Origin: Candidatus Acidiferrales bacterium
GTDB taxonomy: Bacteria > Acidobacteriota > Terriglobia > Acidiferrales > 2-02-FULL-67-57
Direction: 5' to 3'
Length of the DNA: 29,864 bases
Assembly: GCA_035282985.1 (NCBI GenBank)
Contig: DATEUS010000047.1
Span: 1-29,864 of the forward strand
Shown: piece by piece, positions 9,971-18,153 of the stretch
How positions within the stretch are numbered: the first letter of the stretch is position 1
How the letters are laid out: each line of letters begins with the position of its first letter
The notes under the pieces: model-generated
What the model saw: only the letters and a program-made list of their open reading frames with translations
Told to the model about the DNA's origin: nothing
Database searches by the model: none
Program-made: the position numbers and the translations under genes

Positions 9971-10056
9971 TGTCTCATACCCAGACACTGACGCAAACCT
10001 TCTCATTCTGCGGCTGATATCGACCAGAGTTAGCTGAACTGTATCATCTTGAGACG
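9971..10056. promoter_or_regulatory. Candidate activator-binding palindromes (TGTCTCA-N3-TGAGACA-like)
   Basis: TGTCTCATACCCAGACA at 9971-9987 and TGTATCATCTTGAGACG at 10040-10056, with a weaker match near 10000, all upstream of the sigma54 site. Confidence 0.55.
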
Positions 10057-10058
10057 GG

Positions 10059-10076
10059 CTGGCTTGAGGTTTGCAT
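10059..10076 (+). promoter_or_regulatory. Sigma54 -24/-12 promoter
   Basis: CTGGCTTGAGGTTTGCAT has the exact GG-N10-GC spacing and lies between the activator gene and the cytochrome operon. Confidence 0.7.
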
Positions 10077-10368
10077 AGCGATCCCCTCCTTGGCACTCCT
10101 TGCAACCCGTTGTTTTCCTGAAAGTTAGAAAGAAACGTGCCTTCCCCTTGCCTCTGGACTGAACCGTGCAGAGAAAGGCTGGGATGAATTCGGGGGGATT
10201 TCCGCGAGTGATGAGTTGAGTTGACGCGAAACCGTGTATGGCAGGTTTGCAGCCCCTCTCACCCGCCCTTTGACTACGAGGCGCGAAAGGAACAGGGGAC
10301 TCACAAGCACATTCCCCTGAAGTATCCCCACGATTGACCCCGGCAGTCGGCCGGAAAGGGGGCCTGAC

Positions 10369-11589
10369 ATGACCAGCCGTCAACAACTGGCGCTTTGGCT
10401 TGTAGCGGCTGCCGCGGCTTTCCTTCTGCTGGCAGGCATCCTGATTTGGCGGCACCGCAGCGCGGAAGCCTACTTCAGCACTTTCATGGTGGGCGATCCT
10501 CATCGAGGGGCTCACGCCTTCCGCGAAAAAGGGTGCGGCCACTGCCACCGAGTTAACGGCGCGGGGTCCGGCAACGCGCCCGATCTGGGCTTTCGGCGCA
10601 CGGAGCGGGCCACGCTGAACCAACTGGTGACGGAAATGTGGAACCACGCTCCGGAGATGTGGAAGGCCATGCGGGCCGAGCGCATTTCCTATCCTTCGTT
10701 CAGTCCGCGGGAAATGGCTGACGTGTTTGCCTACCTTTATACCGCTCGCTACTTGGACGAGCCCGGCGATACCATCCACGGCCGCACGGTGTTTTCGCAG
10801 AAGGGATGCGTTCGCTGCCACGCCGTACATGGCCAGGGTGGCCAGGTGGGTCCCGATGTAGAAAACTGGCCGGCGCTGGTGACACCGATCTTCTGGGCGC
10901 AGACCATGTGGAACCACGCCCCGTTCATGGAGTCCACCATCGAGGCCAAGCACATGGATTGGCCTCGTTTTGAGGGCAGTGAAATGAATGACCTGCTCTC
11001 GTTTGTCCGTGAGGCCCGGGGCGGGCCCCAGCAGGAATTCACGCTGCTACCTGCCAACCCGCGGGAAGGCTGGGAGGTATTCAAGAAGAAGTCGTGCCTC
11101 ACCTGTCACGCGGTAGGCGGGGAGGGTGGGCAGGTCGGGCCCGACCTCGCTTCCGGCGATGTTCTTGCCTCTTCTCTAACCCAGGTGGCGGGGCAGATGT
11201 GGAACCACTCTCCCGAGATGTGGAAGGCCATGAAGGCGAAGGGAATCAAGAGGCCGACCTTCGAGGGCCAGGAGATGGCCGATCTGATCGCGTTTCTCTA
11301 CAGTGTGAAGTACTTCGAGCTGGCGGGCTCTCCTCTGATCGGCAAACAGCTATTTGAGGAGCGGCAGTGCGGTCGATGTCACGGGGCCGACGCTGACGGG
11401 GGGAAGTACGGTCCTCGGCTGCGAGGCCGCGGAAAATTGTTTACGCCCGTCACCCTGGCCCGGTCGCTGTGGTCGCACGGTCCCCGGATTTACGCGCGCG
11501 CACAGGAATTGAGAATGGAGTGGCCCAAGCTGAAGGAAAACGATCTCGGGCACGTGCTGGCCTTCCTCAACAGCCCGATGGAAGACTGA
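10369..11589 (+). CDS. Membrane-anchored tetraheme cytochrome c, four tandem W-x-H repeats
   Basis: N-terminal TM helix; CGHCH, CVRCH, CLTCH and CGRCH, followed respectively by MWNHAP, MWNHAP, MWNHSP and LWSHGP. Confidence 0.9.
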   Translation: MTSRQQLALWLVAAAAAFLLLAGILIWRHRSAEAYFSTFMVGDPHRGAHAFREKGCGHCHRVNGAGSGNAPDLGFRRTERATLNQLVTEMWNHAPEMWKAMRAERISYPSFSPREMADVFAYLYTARYLDEPGDTIHGRTVFSQKGCVRCHAVHGQGGQVGPDVENWPALVTPIFWAQTMWNHAPFMESTIEAKHMDWPRFEGSEMNDLLSFVREARGGPQQEFTLLPANPREGWEVFKKKSCLTCHAVGGEGGQVGPDLASGDVLASSLTQVAGQMWNHSPEMWKAMKAKGIKRPTFEGQEMADLIAFLYSVKYFELAGSPLIGKQLFEERQCGRCHGADADGGKYGPRLRGRGKLFTPVTLARSLWSHGPRIYARAQELRMEWPKLKENDLGHVLAFLNSPMED

Positions 11590-11625
11590 TGTGAGACGGT
11601 TGCCTCACGAATCGAAGGAAGCCGG

Positions 11626-12147
11626 ATGGAAGCGCCCAATAGGCTAGCCAAGCTCTCTTTCAGCAGCGGGTTTGTGCTGTTTTTTGTCCTGGGCTTCTTC
11701 TTCTATCACTGGATAGCGGCGGAGAACCCCGGAGTACAACCCATCAAGTACAACCACGCGGTTCACATTGCCAACGGGCTCGAGTGCACCGAGTGCCACA
11801 CCGGGGCCCGGGACGAGGCCCAGGCCACCCTCCCCGGCATTGACACCTGCCTTCTCTGCCATGCCGAACCTCTATCGGAAAGCCCGGAAGAGGAAAAGAT
11901 TCGGACCCTCGCCGCGGCGGGAAAAGAGATTGCTTGGAGCCAACTGACGCGTGTACCCAGCCACGTCTACTTCTCCCATCGACGTCACGTCAAGGTGGCA
12001 GGCCTGGAGTGCGCCCAGTGTCACGGGGCCATGGAAACACTCACACAACCACCGGCGCGACCGTTGCGCAGGCTGAGCATGGAAGCCTGCATGGATTGTC
12101 ACCAGGAGAGGTCAATCCGCAATGATTGCAACGACTGCCATCGCTGA
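11626..12147 (+). CDS. Membrane-anchored pentaheme cytochrome c, ActA/QrcA-like
   Basis: TM helix; QPIKYNHAVH and VYFSHRRH; CTECH, CLLCH, CAQCH, CMDCH and CNDCH. Confidence 0.92.
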   Translation: MEAPNRLAKLSFSSGFVLFFVLGFFFYHWIAAENPGVQPIKYNHAVHIANGLECTECHTGARDEAQATLPGIDTCLLCHAEPLSESPEEEKIRTLAAAGKEIAWSQLTRVPSHVYFSHRRHVKVAGLECAQCHGAMETLTQPPARPLRRLSMEACMDCHQERSIRNDCNDCHR

Positions 12148-13390
12148 GAAAGCCCGTCCCCCGGCCCTGCGGTTGGTGCTGAAAGCGACCGGCCTTGGCT
12201 GCCTGTGCTTCTGGCTGTTGGTCTTGGCTGGTCCGCTGGCTGTGGTGTGGGCCCAGGCCGTCGGCGGGTATTTTGTTCCCGGCGATGCCAAGGCGGGGCT
12301 GAAAACCTTCTTTGACAAGGGTTGTGCCCGCTGCCATTCGGTTCTGGGGGAAGGGGGAAGAACAGCTCCGGACCTGGCGCGAGCCCCGGCCGGGCATCTG
12401 AGCGCCGGCGGGCTGGTGGCCGCCGTTTGGAACCACGCTCCCGCCATGTGGGAGAGGATGAACCGGGAGCAGGTCAACCCACCGACCTTCACTGAATCGG
12501 AAATGGCCAACCTTTTTGCCTTCATCTACTCGGTGCGCTCGATGGATGAACCCGGTGACCCTGAACGTGGTCGCAGGCTCCTCTTCGACAAAGGCTGCTC
12601 ACAATGCCATGCCGTTGGTGAGCGCGGCACCAGGGTCGGCCCGGATCTCAGCGATTGGGCCAGCTATCGCAACCCGGTGAGCTGGATCCAGGCCATGTGG
12701 AACCATGCTCCCGCCATGCAGGCGCTGATGGGGGCCAGAGGGTTGCGCTGGCCGGAATTTCAAGGAACCGACGTGGCCGACATCATTGCTTACATCCGTA
12801 CGCAGGCGACCAATCCACGGCGCCACTTTTACCTGGAGCCGGCCGATCCCGCCACCGGCCGAATCATTTTCCAGCAGAAGGGGTGCACCAACTGCCACGG
12901 CGTCCGCGGTTCAGCCGGTGTCGGTGCCCCCCAGCTTGGCGACCGTTCCTTGCCCCGGACGCTGGGGCAGTTTGCCGGGCTGATGTGGAATCACAGCCCG
13001 GCGATGTGGACCAGCATGCGCACCCAGGAGATTCCCCGTCCCCAGTTTTCCAACAAAGAGATGGCCGACCTGATCGCCTACTTGTTTGCCCAGCGCTACT
13101 TCGACCCCAGCGGGAGCGCGCACCAGGGGAGACGTATCTTCGAGGTCAAAGGGTGCGCCACCTGCCACCTCCCGGACGGGGAAGGCATCGGCCCCGCGCT
13201 TTCACCGTGGCGGGCAAAGGTGACACCCATGGCGCTGGCGACCGCCATGTGGAACCACGGACCGATGATGCTGACCCGGATGCGGGAGCAACAGATTCCC
13301 TGGCCCCGTTTCCAATCACAGGAAATGGTGGACCTGATGGAGTTTCTCAATCAGGGAGTGGCCTCAGCTCAGTTGCAGGGCAAGCGCTAA
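12122..13390 (+). CDS. Exported tetraheme cytochrome c, four tandem W-x-H repeats (paralogue of 10369-11589)
   Basis: Signal-like segment ending AVVWA^Q; CARCH, CSQCH, CTNCH and CATCH with VWNHAP, MWNHAP, MWNHSP and MWNHGP. Start uncertain (12122 or about 12176). Confidence 0.9.
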   Translation: MIATTAIAEKARPPALRLVLKATGLGCLCFWLLVLAGPLAVVWAQAVGGYFVPGDAKAGLKTFFDKGCARCHSVLGEGGRTAPDLARAPAGHLSAGGLVAAVWNHAPAMWERMNREQVNPPTFTESEMANLFAFIYSVRSMDEPGDPERGRRLLFDKGCSQCHAVGERGTRVGPDLSDWASYRNPVSWIQAMWNHAPAMQALMGARGLRWPEFQGTDVADIIAYIRTQATNPRRHFYLEPADPATGRIIFQQKGCTNCHGVRGSAGVGAPQLGDRSLPRTLGQFAGLMWNHSPAMWTSMRTQEIPRPQFSNKEMADLIAYLFAQRYFDPSGSAHQGRRIFEVKGCATCHLPDGEGIGPALSPWRAKVTPMALATAMWNHGPMMLTRMREQQIPWPRFQSQEMVDLMEFLNQGVASAQLQGKR

Positions 13391-15807
13391 TGGCATTCAA
13401 GGTCAACCGCCGCGACTTTTTGCGCTTCACGGCCGGGGGCGCGGCTGGCCTGGCCGCCTCCGGCGTGTCCCTGCAAGGAATCAGCACCCTGAACGCCGCC
13501 ATCACCGCGGGCGAGCGGGATGTTCCGCGGGGACCCGAAGCTTGGTCGCTCAGCGTGTGTTCCCTCTGCCCGGGTGGCTGCGGCTTGCGGGTACGCACGA
13601 TCGGCAAGCGTGCCGTCAAGATCCAGGGCAATCCTCTGCATCCGGTCAGCCACGGCGGCCTCTGTCCCCGGGGACTGGCGGGCTTGCAGCTTCTCTATCA
13701 TCCGGACCGGCTCGTCACCCCGCTGGAGAATGTCGGCAGCCGCAGCAACCCCGAGTGGAGAGAAGTGTCGTGGGAAGAAGCCATCGCCAAAGTGGTGGCG
13801 CGCCTGCAGGCACTCAAGGACCACGGGCAGGCGCATACGCTCGTCTTCCTCAGCGGGCGTAGCGGTCGCCTCCGGCAACGTCTCCTGCGCCGCTTCCTGC
13901 AGGCCTACGGCTCGCCCAATCTCCTCCACGCACCCACAGGGCTCGACTCGGCGTCGCGCGCCGTGTACCTGCAGCAGGGGATGCACGAGGGACTGGCTTA
14001 CGACCTGGACCGCACCCGCTACCTTGTCAGCTTCGGCGCCAACCTGCTGGAGGGATGGGGGTCACCGGTGAGTACCATGCGCGCCTTTGGCCGGTGGCGC
14101 GCCGCCGGCGGGGGTCAACGGGCGAAGTTCGTTCAGGTCGACCCGCGATTCTCCCCGACCGCCGCCCGGGCGGATGAGTGGATTGCCCTCCGGCCGGGGA
14201 CCGAGGCGGCGCTGGCGCTGGGGATTGCCTACGTGCTCATCACCGAGGGCCTTCACGATGCTCAGTTTGTAGAGGATCACACCTTCGGCTTCGAGGATTG
14301 GCGCGACGGGCGGGGGCGCATGCATATGGGGTTCCGCTCGCTCGTCTTGCGTGAGTATCGCCTGAACGATGTGGCCGCCCTCACCCAGGTGCCGGTTGAA
14401 ACCATCTTGCGCGTGGCCCGCGAGTTCGGAGGGAACCGCCCGGCGCTGGCCATCGGCGGCCAGGTCAGCAGCACTCTTCCGGGCGACCCCAGAGCGGCCA
14501 TGGCCGTGCACAGCCTCAACGCCATGATGGGAAGCCTGGAAGTAGCTGGAGGCGCCTTGATGCGCCCGGAGTTACCGGGAGACTCCGAAACCCGGAGTGG
14601 GCAAGGCCCCACGTTGCCGCCCAGCATACTCCAACGGGACAACAGCATATTTCCCGAAGTAGATCTAACTCATTTATCCCAAGTCATCCGGAGCAAGAGT
14701 CCCTACCCGGTTCAAGCGCTCCTGACATACGGGACGGACCCCGTCTTTTCTCTGCCCAACGGCGAGGAGCTTGGCGAGGCGCTGCAACAGGTGCCGTTTG
14801 TCGTTTCTTTTGCTTCTTTCATGGACGAAACGGCGGCGCGAGCCGATCTCATCCTGCCGGATGACAGTGATTTGGAGAAATGGCAGGAGGCCGCTTCGCC
14901 ACCCACGTTTCCCTTCTTGCTGCAGTCTATTTCTCCTCCGGTGATTGAGCGTGTGCACAACACGCGCGACACCTCCGAGGTAATTCTTTCCGTTGCCGAA
15001 GCCCTGGGAGGGAACGTCGCCTCCTCCTTGCCCGAAAGCACGGTCGAAGGATTTCTGCGCGCAGAAGCGGACAAGATTCTTGCCGGGCGCTCCGGCTACA
15101 CATTCGCCACCCAGTTGGAGGAAACCTGGAACCGCCTGCTCGAGCGTTCCGGCTGGTGGGCACCTACCTATTCGACAGCCGACGAACTCTGGCAGGAGAT
15201 GAAAGAGAAAGGGGGCTGGTGGGAGCCTACCTACTATTACGGTGAGTGGGGGCGCGTGTTCCGCACCTCCTCGCATCGCTTCGAATTCTACTCGCAGCGT
15301 TTGGCTGAGTATGCCACCCGGAACCGGGAGCAGGTCCAAGCTATGGGTTTGGATCCAGACGACGACCGTTTCTGCCTCCCGCACCAGGTCAGCCTGCCCA
15401 CGGCACCAGAAGGTTTCCCGCTCTTGCTGATTCCTGTCGAAGTCCTGCCTCTCATGGGCGGTGAGGGAGCCGAGCTTCCCTACCTGCAACAGATCGCGGG
15501 TGCGCATGTTTTCGAACACTGGGAGAGCTGGCTGGAGATGAATCCGGCCACGGCAGGACAGTACGGTCTGCAGGATCGCGACCAGGTGTGGATCGAGTCG
15601 GCCCGGGGACGCGCCCGGGTGCGGCTGCGCTTGTACGAGGGTGTTCGTCCCGGGGTGGTTCATCTGCCGCTGGGTTATGGGCGAGAACAGGGGAGCGAAT
15701 GGGGCCGTCGCGGCGTGAATCCCTTGAAGTTGATCCAAACCAAGCCGGAACCCTTAACCCTGCTGCCGCAAGTCAGCCAAACCTATGTGAGGGTGTACCG
15801 GGTTTGA
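13390..15807 (+). CDS. Tat-exported DMSO-reductase-superfamily subunit, QrcB/ActB1-like (805 aa)
   Basis: TAATG coupling with the previous gene; MAFKVNRRDFLR twin-Arg motif; FS0 motif CSLCPGGC...LCPRG; VDPRFSPTAARADEW and ADLILPD; C-terminal dinucleotide-binding-type domain. Confidence 0.9.
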   Translation: MAFKVNRRDFLRFTAGGAAGLAASGVSLQGISTLNAAITAGERDVPRGPEAWSLSVCSLCPGGCGLRVRTIGKRAVKIQGNPLHPVSHGGLCPRGLAGLQLLYHPDRLVTPLENVGSRSNPEWREVSWEEAIAKVVARLQALKDHGQAHTLVFLSGRSGRLRQRLLRRFLQAYGSPNLLHAPTGLDSASRAVYLQQGMHEGLAYDLDRTRYLVSFGANLLEGWGSPVSTMRAFGRWRAAGGGQRAKFVQVDPRFSPTAARADEWIALRPGTEAALALGIAYVLITEGLHDAQFVEDHTFGFEDWRDGRGRMHMGFRSLVLREYRLNDVAALTQVPVETILRVAREFGGNRPALAIGGQVSSTLPGDPRAAMAVHSLNAMMGSLEVAGGALMRPELPGDSETRSGQGPTLPPSILQRDNSIFPEVDLTHLSQVIRSKSPYPVQALLTYGTDPVFSLPNGEELGEALQQVPFVVSFASFMDETAARADLILPDDSDLEKWQEAASPPTFPFLLQSISPPVIERVHNTRDTSEVILSVAEALGGNVASSLPESTVEGFLRAEADKILAGRSGYTFATQLEETWNRLLERSGWWAPTYSTADELWQEMKEKGGWWEPTYYYGEWGRVFRTSSHRFEFYSQRLAEYATRNREQVQAMGLDPDDDRFCLPHQVSLPTAPEGFPLLLIPVEVLPLMGGEGAELPYLQQIAGAHVFEHWESWLEMNPATAGQYGLQDRDQVWIESARGRARVRLRLYEGVRPGVVHLPLGYGREQGSEWGRRGVNPLKLIQTKPEPLTLLPQVSQTYVRVYRV

Positions 15808-15818
15808 GGGAGTAGACC

Positions 15819-16523
15819 GTGCCACGTTGGGGAATGGTGATTGACTTGGCCAAATGCACGGCCTGCCAGGCGTGTGTGGTGGCTTGCCAGGCGGAAAATA
15901 ACGTTCCCTGTGTTGAGCCGGAGCAGGCCGCCAAGGGGCGGATCATCTCCTGGCTGTCCGTTTTGCCGGACCTCAAGGGACAGTATCCGAATGTCTTGAT
16001 GCGGCTCATGCCCTTGCCTTGCCTGCACTGTGATGAGCCGCCTTGCATTCGCGTTTGTCCGGTGGGGGCCACGGGAATTACGCCGGAGGGGATCGTGCGG
16101 CAGACATTCCCGCGCTGCATCGGCTGCCGCTACTGCACCAACGCCTGCCCGTACACCCGGCGGTCTTTCAATTGGCGCCTGCCGGACTTTCCGGGTGAGC
16201 TGGTGCAGGCGCTCAATCCGGACGTGTCGGTGCGGCCGAAGGGTGTGGTGGAAAAATGCACGCTCTGCCACCACCGGCTGCTGAGAGCCCGGGAGCAGGC
16301 TCGCGCCGAAGACCGCCCTCTGGCAGTTGGTGACTATGTTCCCGCCTGCGTGGAAATCTGTCCGGCGGAGGCGATGTACTTCGGTGACCTTGAGGATCCG
16401 AACAGCAAAGTGTCCGAGCTGGCGGAGAGTGCGCGGGCCTTTCGCTACCTGGAAGAATTGGGAACGGAGCCCAAGGTGGTATTCCTCAGCGAAGGAGAGT
16501 GGGCGGGTGGAGAGCAAACCTAA
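15819..16523 (+). CDS. 4Fe-4S electron-transfer subunit, QrcC/NrfC/DmsB family
   Basis: WGMVIDLAKCTACQACVVAC, CLHCDEPPCIRVCP, CIGCRYCTNACPY, RPKGVVEKCTLCHHR and PACVEICP. Confidence 0.94.
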   Translation: MPRWGMVIDLAKCTACQACVVACQAENNVPCVEPEQAAKGRIISWLSVLPDLKGQYPNVLMRLMPLPCLHCDEPPCIRVCPVGATGITPEGIVRQTFPRCIGCRYCTNACPYTRRSFNWRLPDFPGELVQALNPDVSVRPKGVVEKCTLCHHRLLRAREQARAEDRPLAVGDYVPACVEICPAEAMYFGDLEDPNSKVSELAESARAFRYLEELGTEPKVVFLSEGEWAGGEQT

Positions 16524-17883
16524 AGGGAAGCCGGAAGATCTCGGGCCCGATGCGGTGCTGTTGCAGCCCATCGTGGCCACCCGCAGTTCTTTCTACATTC
16601 TGACGATGGTGTTTCTCGGCTTCACCTCGCTGTCCTGTTTCGCCTATCTCTACCAGCTCCGTTGGGGATTGGGGGTCACGGGCCTGAACGTGCCGATGTA
16701 TTGGGGCATCTACATCACCAACTTTGTCTTTTTTATCGGCATCAGCCACGCCGGCACGCTGATTTCAGCCATCCTGCGCATCTGCCACGCGGAGTGGCGG
16801 CGGTCGATCACCCGTGCAGCCGAGGTCATTACCGTCATCGTTCTTTTCTTCGGGGTGGGCAGCATTATTGTGGATTTGGGCCGCCCGGACCGTCTGTTGA
16901 ATGTTCTGCTGTACCCGAATTTCCGTTCACCGCTGCTGTGGGACGTATGCAGTGTCAGCGTTTACCTGATGGCAAGCAGCATTTATCTCTATCTGCCGCT
17001 CATCCCTGACATTGCCATCCTGCGGGATTACGGCGGCAAGTACACCTGGCTCTATCGTCTCCTGGCCCTGGGGTGGTCAGGAAGCGAGCGACAGCAGCGC
17101 ATTCTCAACAAGGCCATCTCCGTCATGGCCGTCCTGGTGATTCCCATCGCCGTCTCCGTGCATACCGTGGTCTCCTGGGTGTTCGGGATGACGGTGCAAC
17201 CCATGTGGCATTCGACCATCTTCGGTCCCTACTTCGTCGTCGGGGCCATCTTTTCCGGTATCGCCTCGCTCATCATCGCCATGGCGCTCATCCGGCGCAT
17301 TTACTTCCTCCAGGAGTACTTCAAAGATATTCACTTCAGTCACCTGGGCACGTTGCTCATGGTCTTTGCGCTCTTATGGTTCTACTTTACCTTCGCGGAG
17401 AACCTGACGACTTTCTACGGGCATGAACCCGCTCATTTGCAGGTTTTCTATTCCAAACTCACCGGGCGGTTTGCGCCTCTCTTCTGGACCATGGTTGTCA
17501 CCTGCTTTGTCATCCCGGCCGGACTCCTTTTCCACCGCCGGATCCGAACCGTCAGGAATACCGTGATCGCATCCTTCTCGGTGCTCATCGGCATGTACTT
17601 GGAGCGGTACACGATTGTGGTCCCAACGCTCTCGCTTCCGCGAGTACCCTCCGACACCGTCTTCTACACGCCCACCTGGGTGGAGATCTCCATTACCTTG
17701 GGGTTCGGAGCGACGTTCATTTTTCTCTACATGCTCTTCACCAAGTTCTTCCCCATCGTGTCCATCTGGGAGGTGCAGGAGGGACGCAAGGTCGCTCTCC
17801 GAGAGGCCAGGGAGCGCATCGAGGCCTATACGCCCCATCCCACGGCTGGGGATCTGGGGACTCTAGAGACCGCGCAGGACTAG
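16507..17883 (+). CDS. NrfD/PsrC-family quinone-interacting membrane subunit, ActC-like
   Basis: About 10 TM helices; WGIYITNFVFFIGISHAGTLISAIL, WRRSITRAAE, DLGRPDR, SPLLWD and GAIFSG. Start placed at GTG 16507 behind GAAGGAG. Confidence 0.93.
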   Translation: MESKPKGKPEDLGPDAVLLQPIVATRSSFYILTMVFLGFTSLSCFAYLYQLRWGLGVTGLNVPMYWGIYITNFVFFIGISHAGTLISAILRICHAEWRRSITRAAEVITVIVLFFGVGSIIVDLGRPDRLLNVLLYPNFRSPLLWDVCSVSVYLMASSIYLYLPLIPDIAILRDYGGKYTWLYRLLALGWSGSERQQRILNKAISVMAVLVIPIAVSVHTVVSWVFGMTVQPMWHSTIFGPYFVVGAIFSGIASLIIAMALIRRIYFLQEYFKDIHFSHLGTLLMVFALLWFYFTFAENLTTFYGHEPAHLQVFYSKLTGRFAPLFWTMVVTCFVIPAGLLFHRRIRTVRNTVIASFSVLIGMYLERYTIVVPTLSLPRVPSDTVFYTPTWVEISITLGFGATFIFLYMLFTKFFPIVSIWEVQEGRKVALREARERIEAYTPHPTAGDLGTLETAQD

Positions 17884-17888
17884 ACCCG

Positions 17889-18089
17889 CTAACTCTGCCA
17901 TCTGTGCGGCGCAAAAATAAACAGCAGCAGTAGAACGGAGAACAACAGGATCGGGACAGGGGTTCCATTCCACTTGGGGGAGATGAGCGCGTCCCACACA
18001 GCCGCAATCAGCAGGAGCAGCGTGACCATCAATCCTTCGGCGAGTCTTGCGACCACATTATCGGTGAGCTTGTTCAAGAGAACTCCCAT
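17889..18089 (-). CDS. Small two-TM membrane protein, hypothetical
   Basis: 66 aa with two hydrophobic helices; has its own candidate sigma70 promoter just upstream. Confidence 0.6.
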   Translation of the reverse strand: MGVLLNKLTDNVVARLAEGLMVTLLLLIAAVWDALISPKWNGTPVPILLFSVLLLLFIFAPHRWQS

Positions 18090-18104
18090 GAGCTCTTTGC
18101 GAGA

Positions 18105-18133
18105 ATGTTACCGCCCATCCACAGCCAAGTCAA
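18105..18133 (-). promoter_or_regulatory. Sigma70-type promoter
   Basis: Minus strand reads TTGACT-N17-TAACAT, 15 nt before the 18089 ATG. Confidence 0.55.
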
Positions 18134-18153
18134 TGCAAGCGGTATTAACTGGT

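Larger units (their letters stand above)
7050..18153. mobile_element. Putative genomic island at tRNA-Leu, no integrase visible
   Basis: Bounded by direct repeats of the tRNA 3' end; carries a self-contained regulator plus operon; codons look less GC3-rich than the flanks by eye (not computed). Confidence 0.65.

Noticed and set aside
10091..10104. TGGCACTCCTTGCA as the sigma54 promoter
   Set aside because: Only 8 nt between GG and GC; sigma54 requires 10, which the 10059-10076 site satisfies.
12655..13389. N-terminal 245-aa extension of the 1050-aa ORF
   Set aside because: Overlaps the tetraheme gene in another frame; the Tat signal and TAATG coupling place the start at 13390.
16257..16271. 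CTLCH as a heme c site in the FeS subunit
   Set aside because: These are the conserved KCxxC FeS ligands of the NrfC/QrcC family.
13390..17883. Calling the operon psrABC, arr, nar or canonical act
   Set aside because: No clear Mo ligand motif, B and C are separate, ActD/E/F are absent and extra cytochromes are present; a specific symbol is not supportable.
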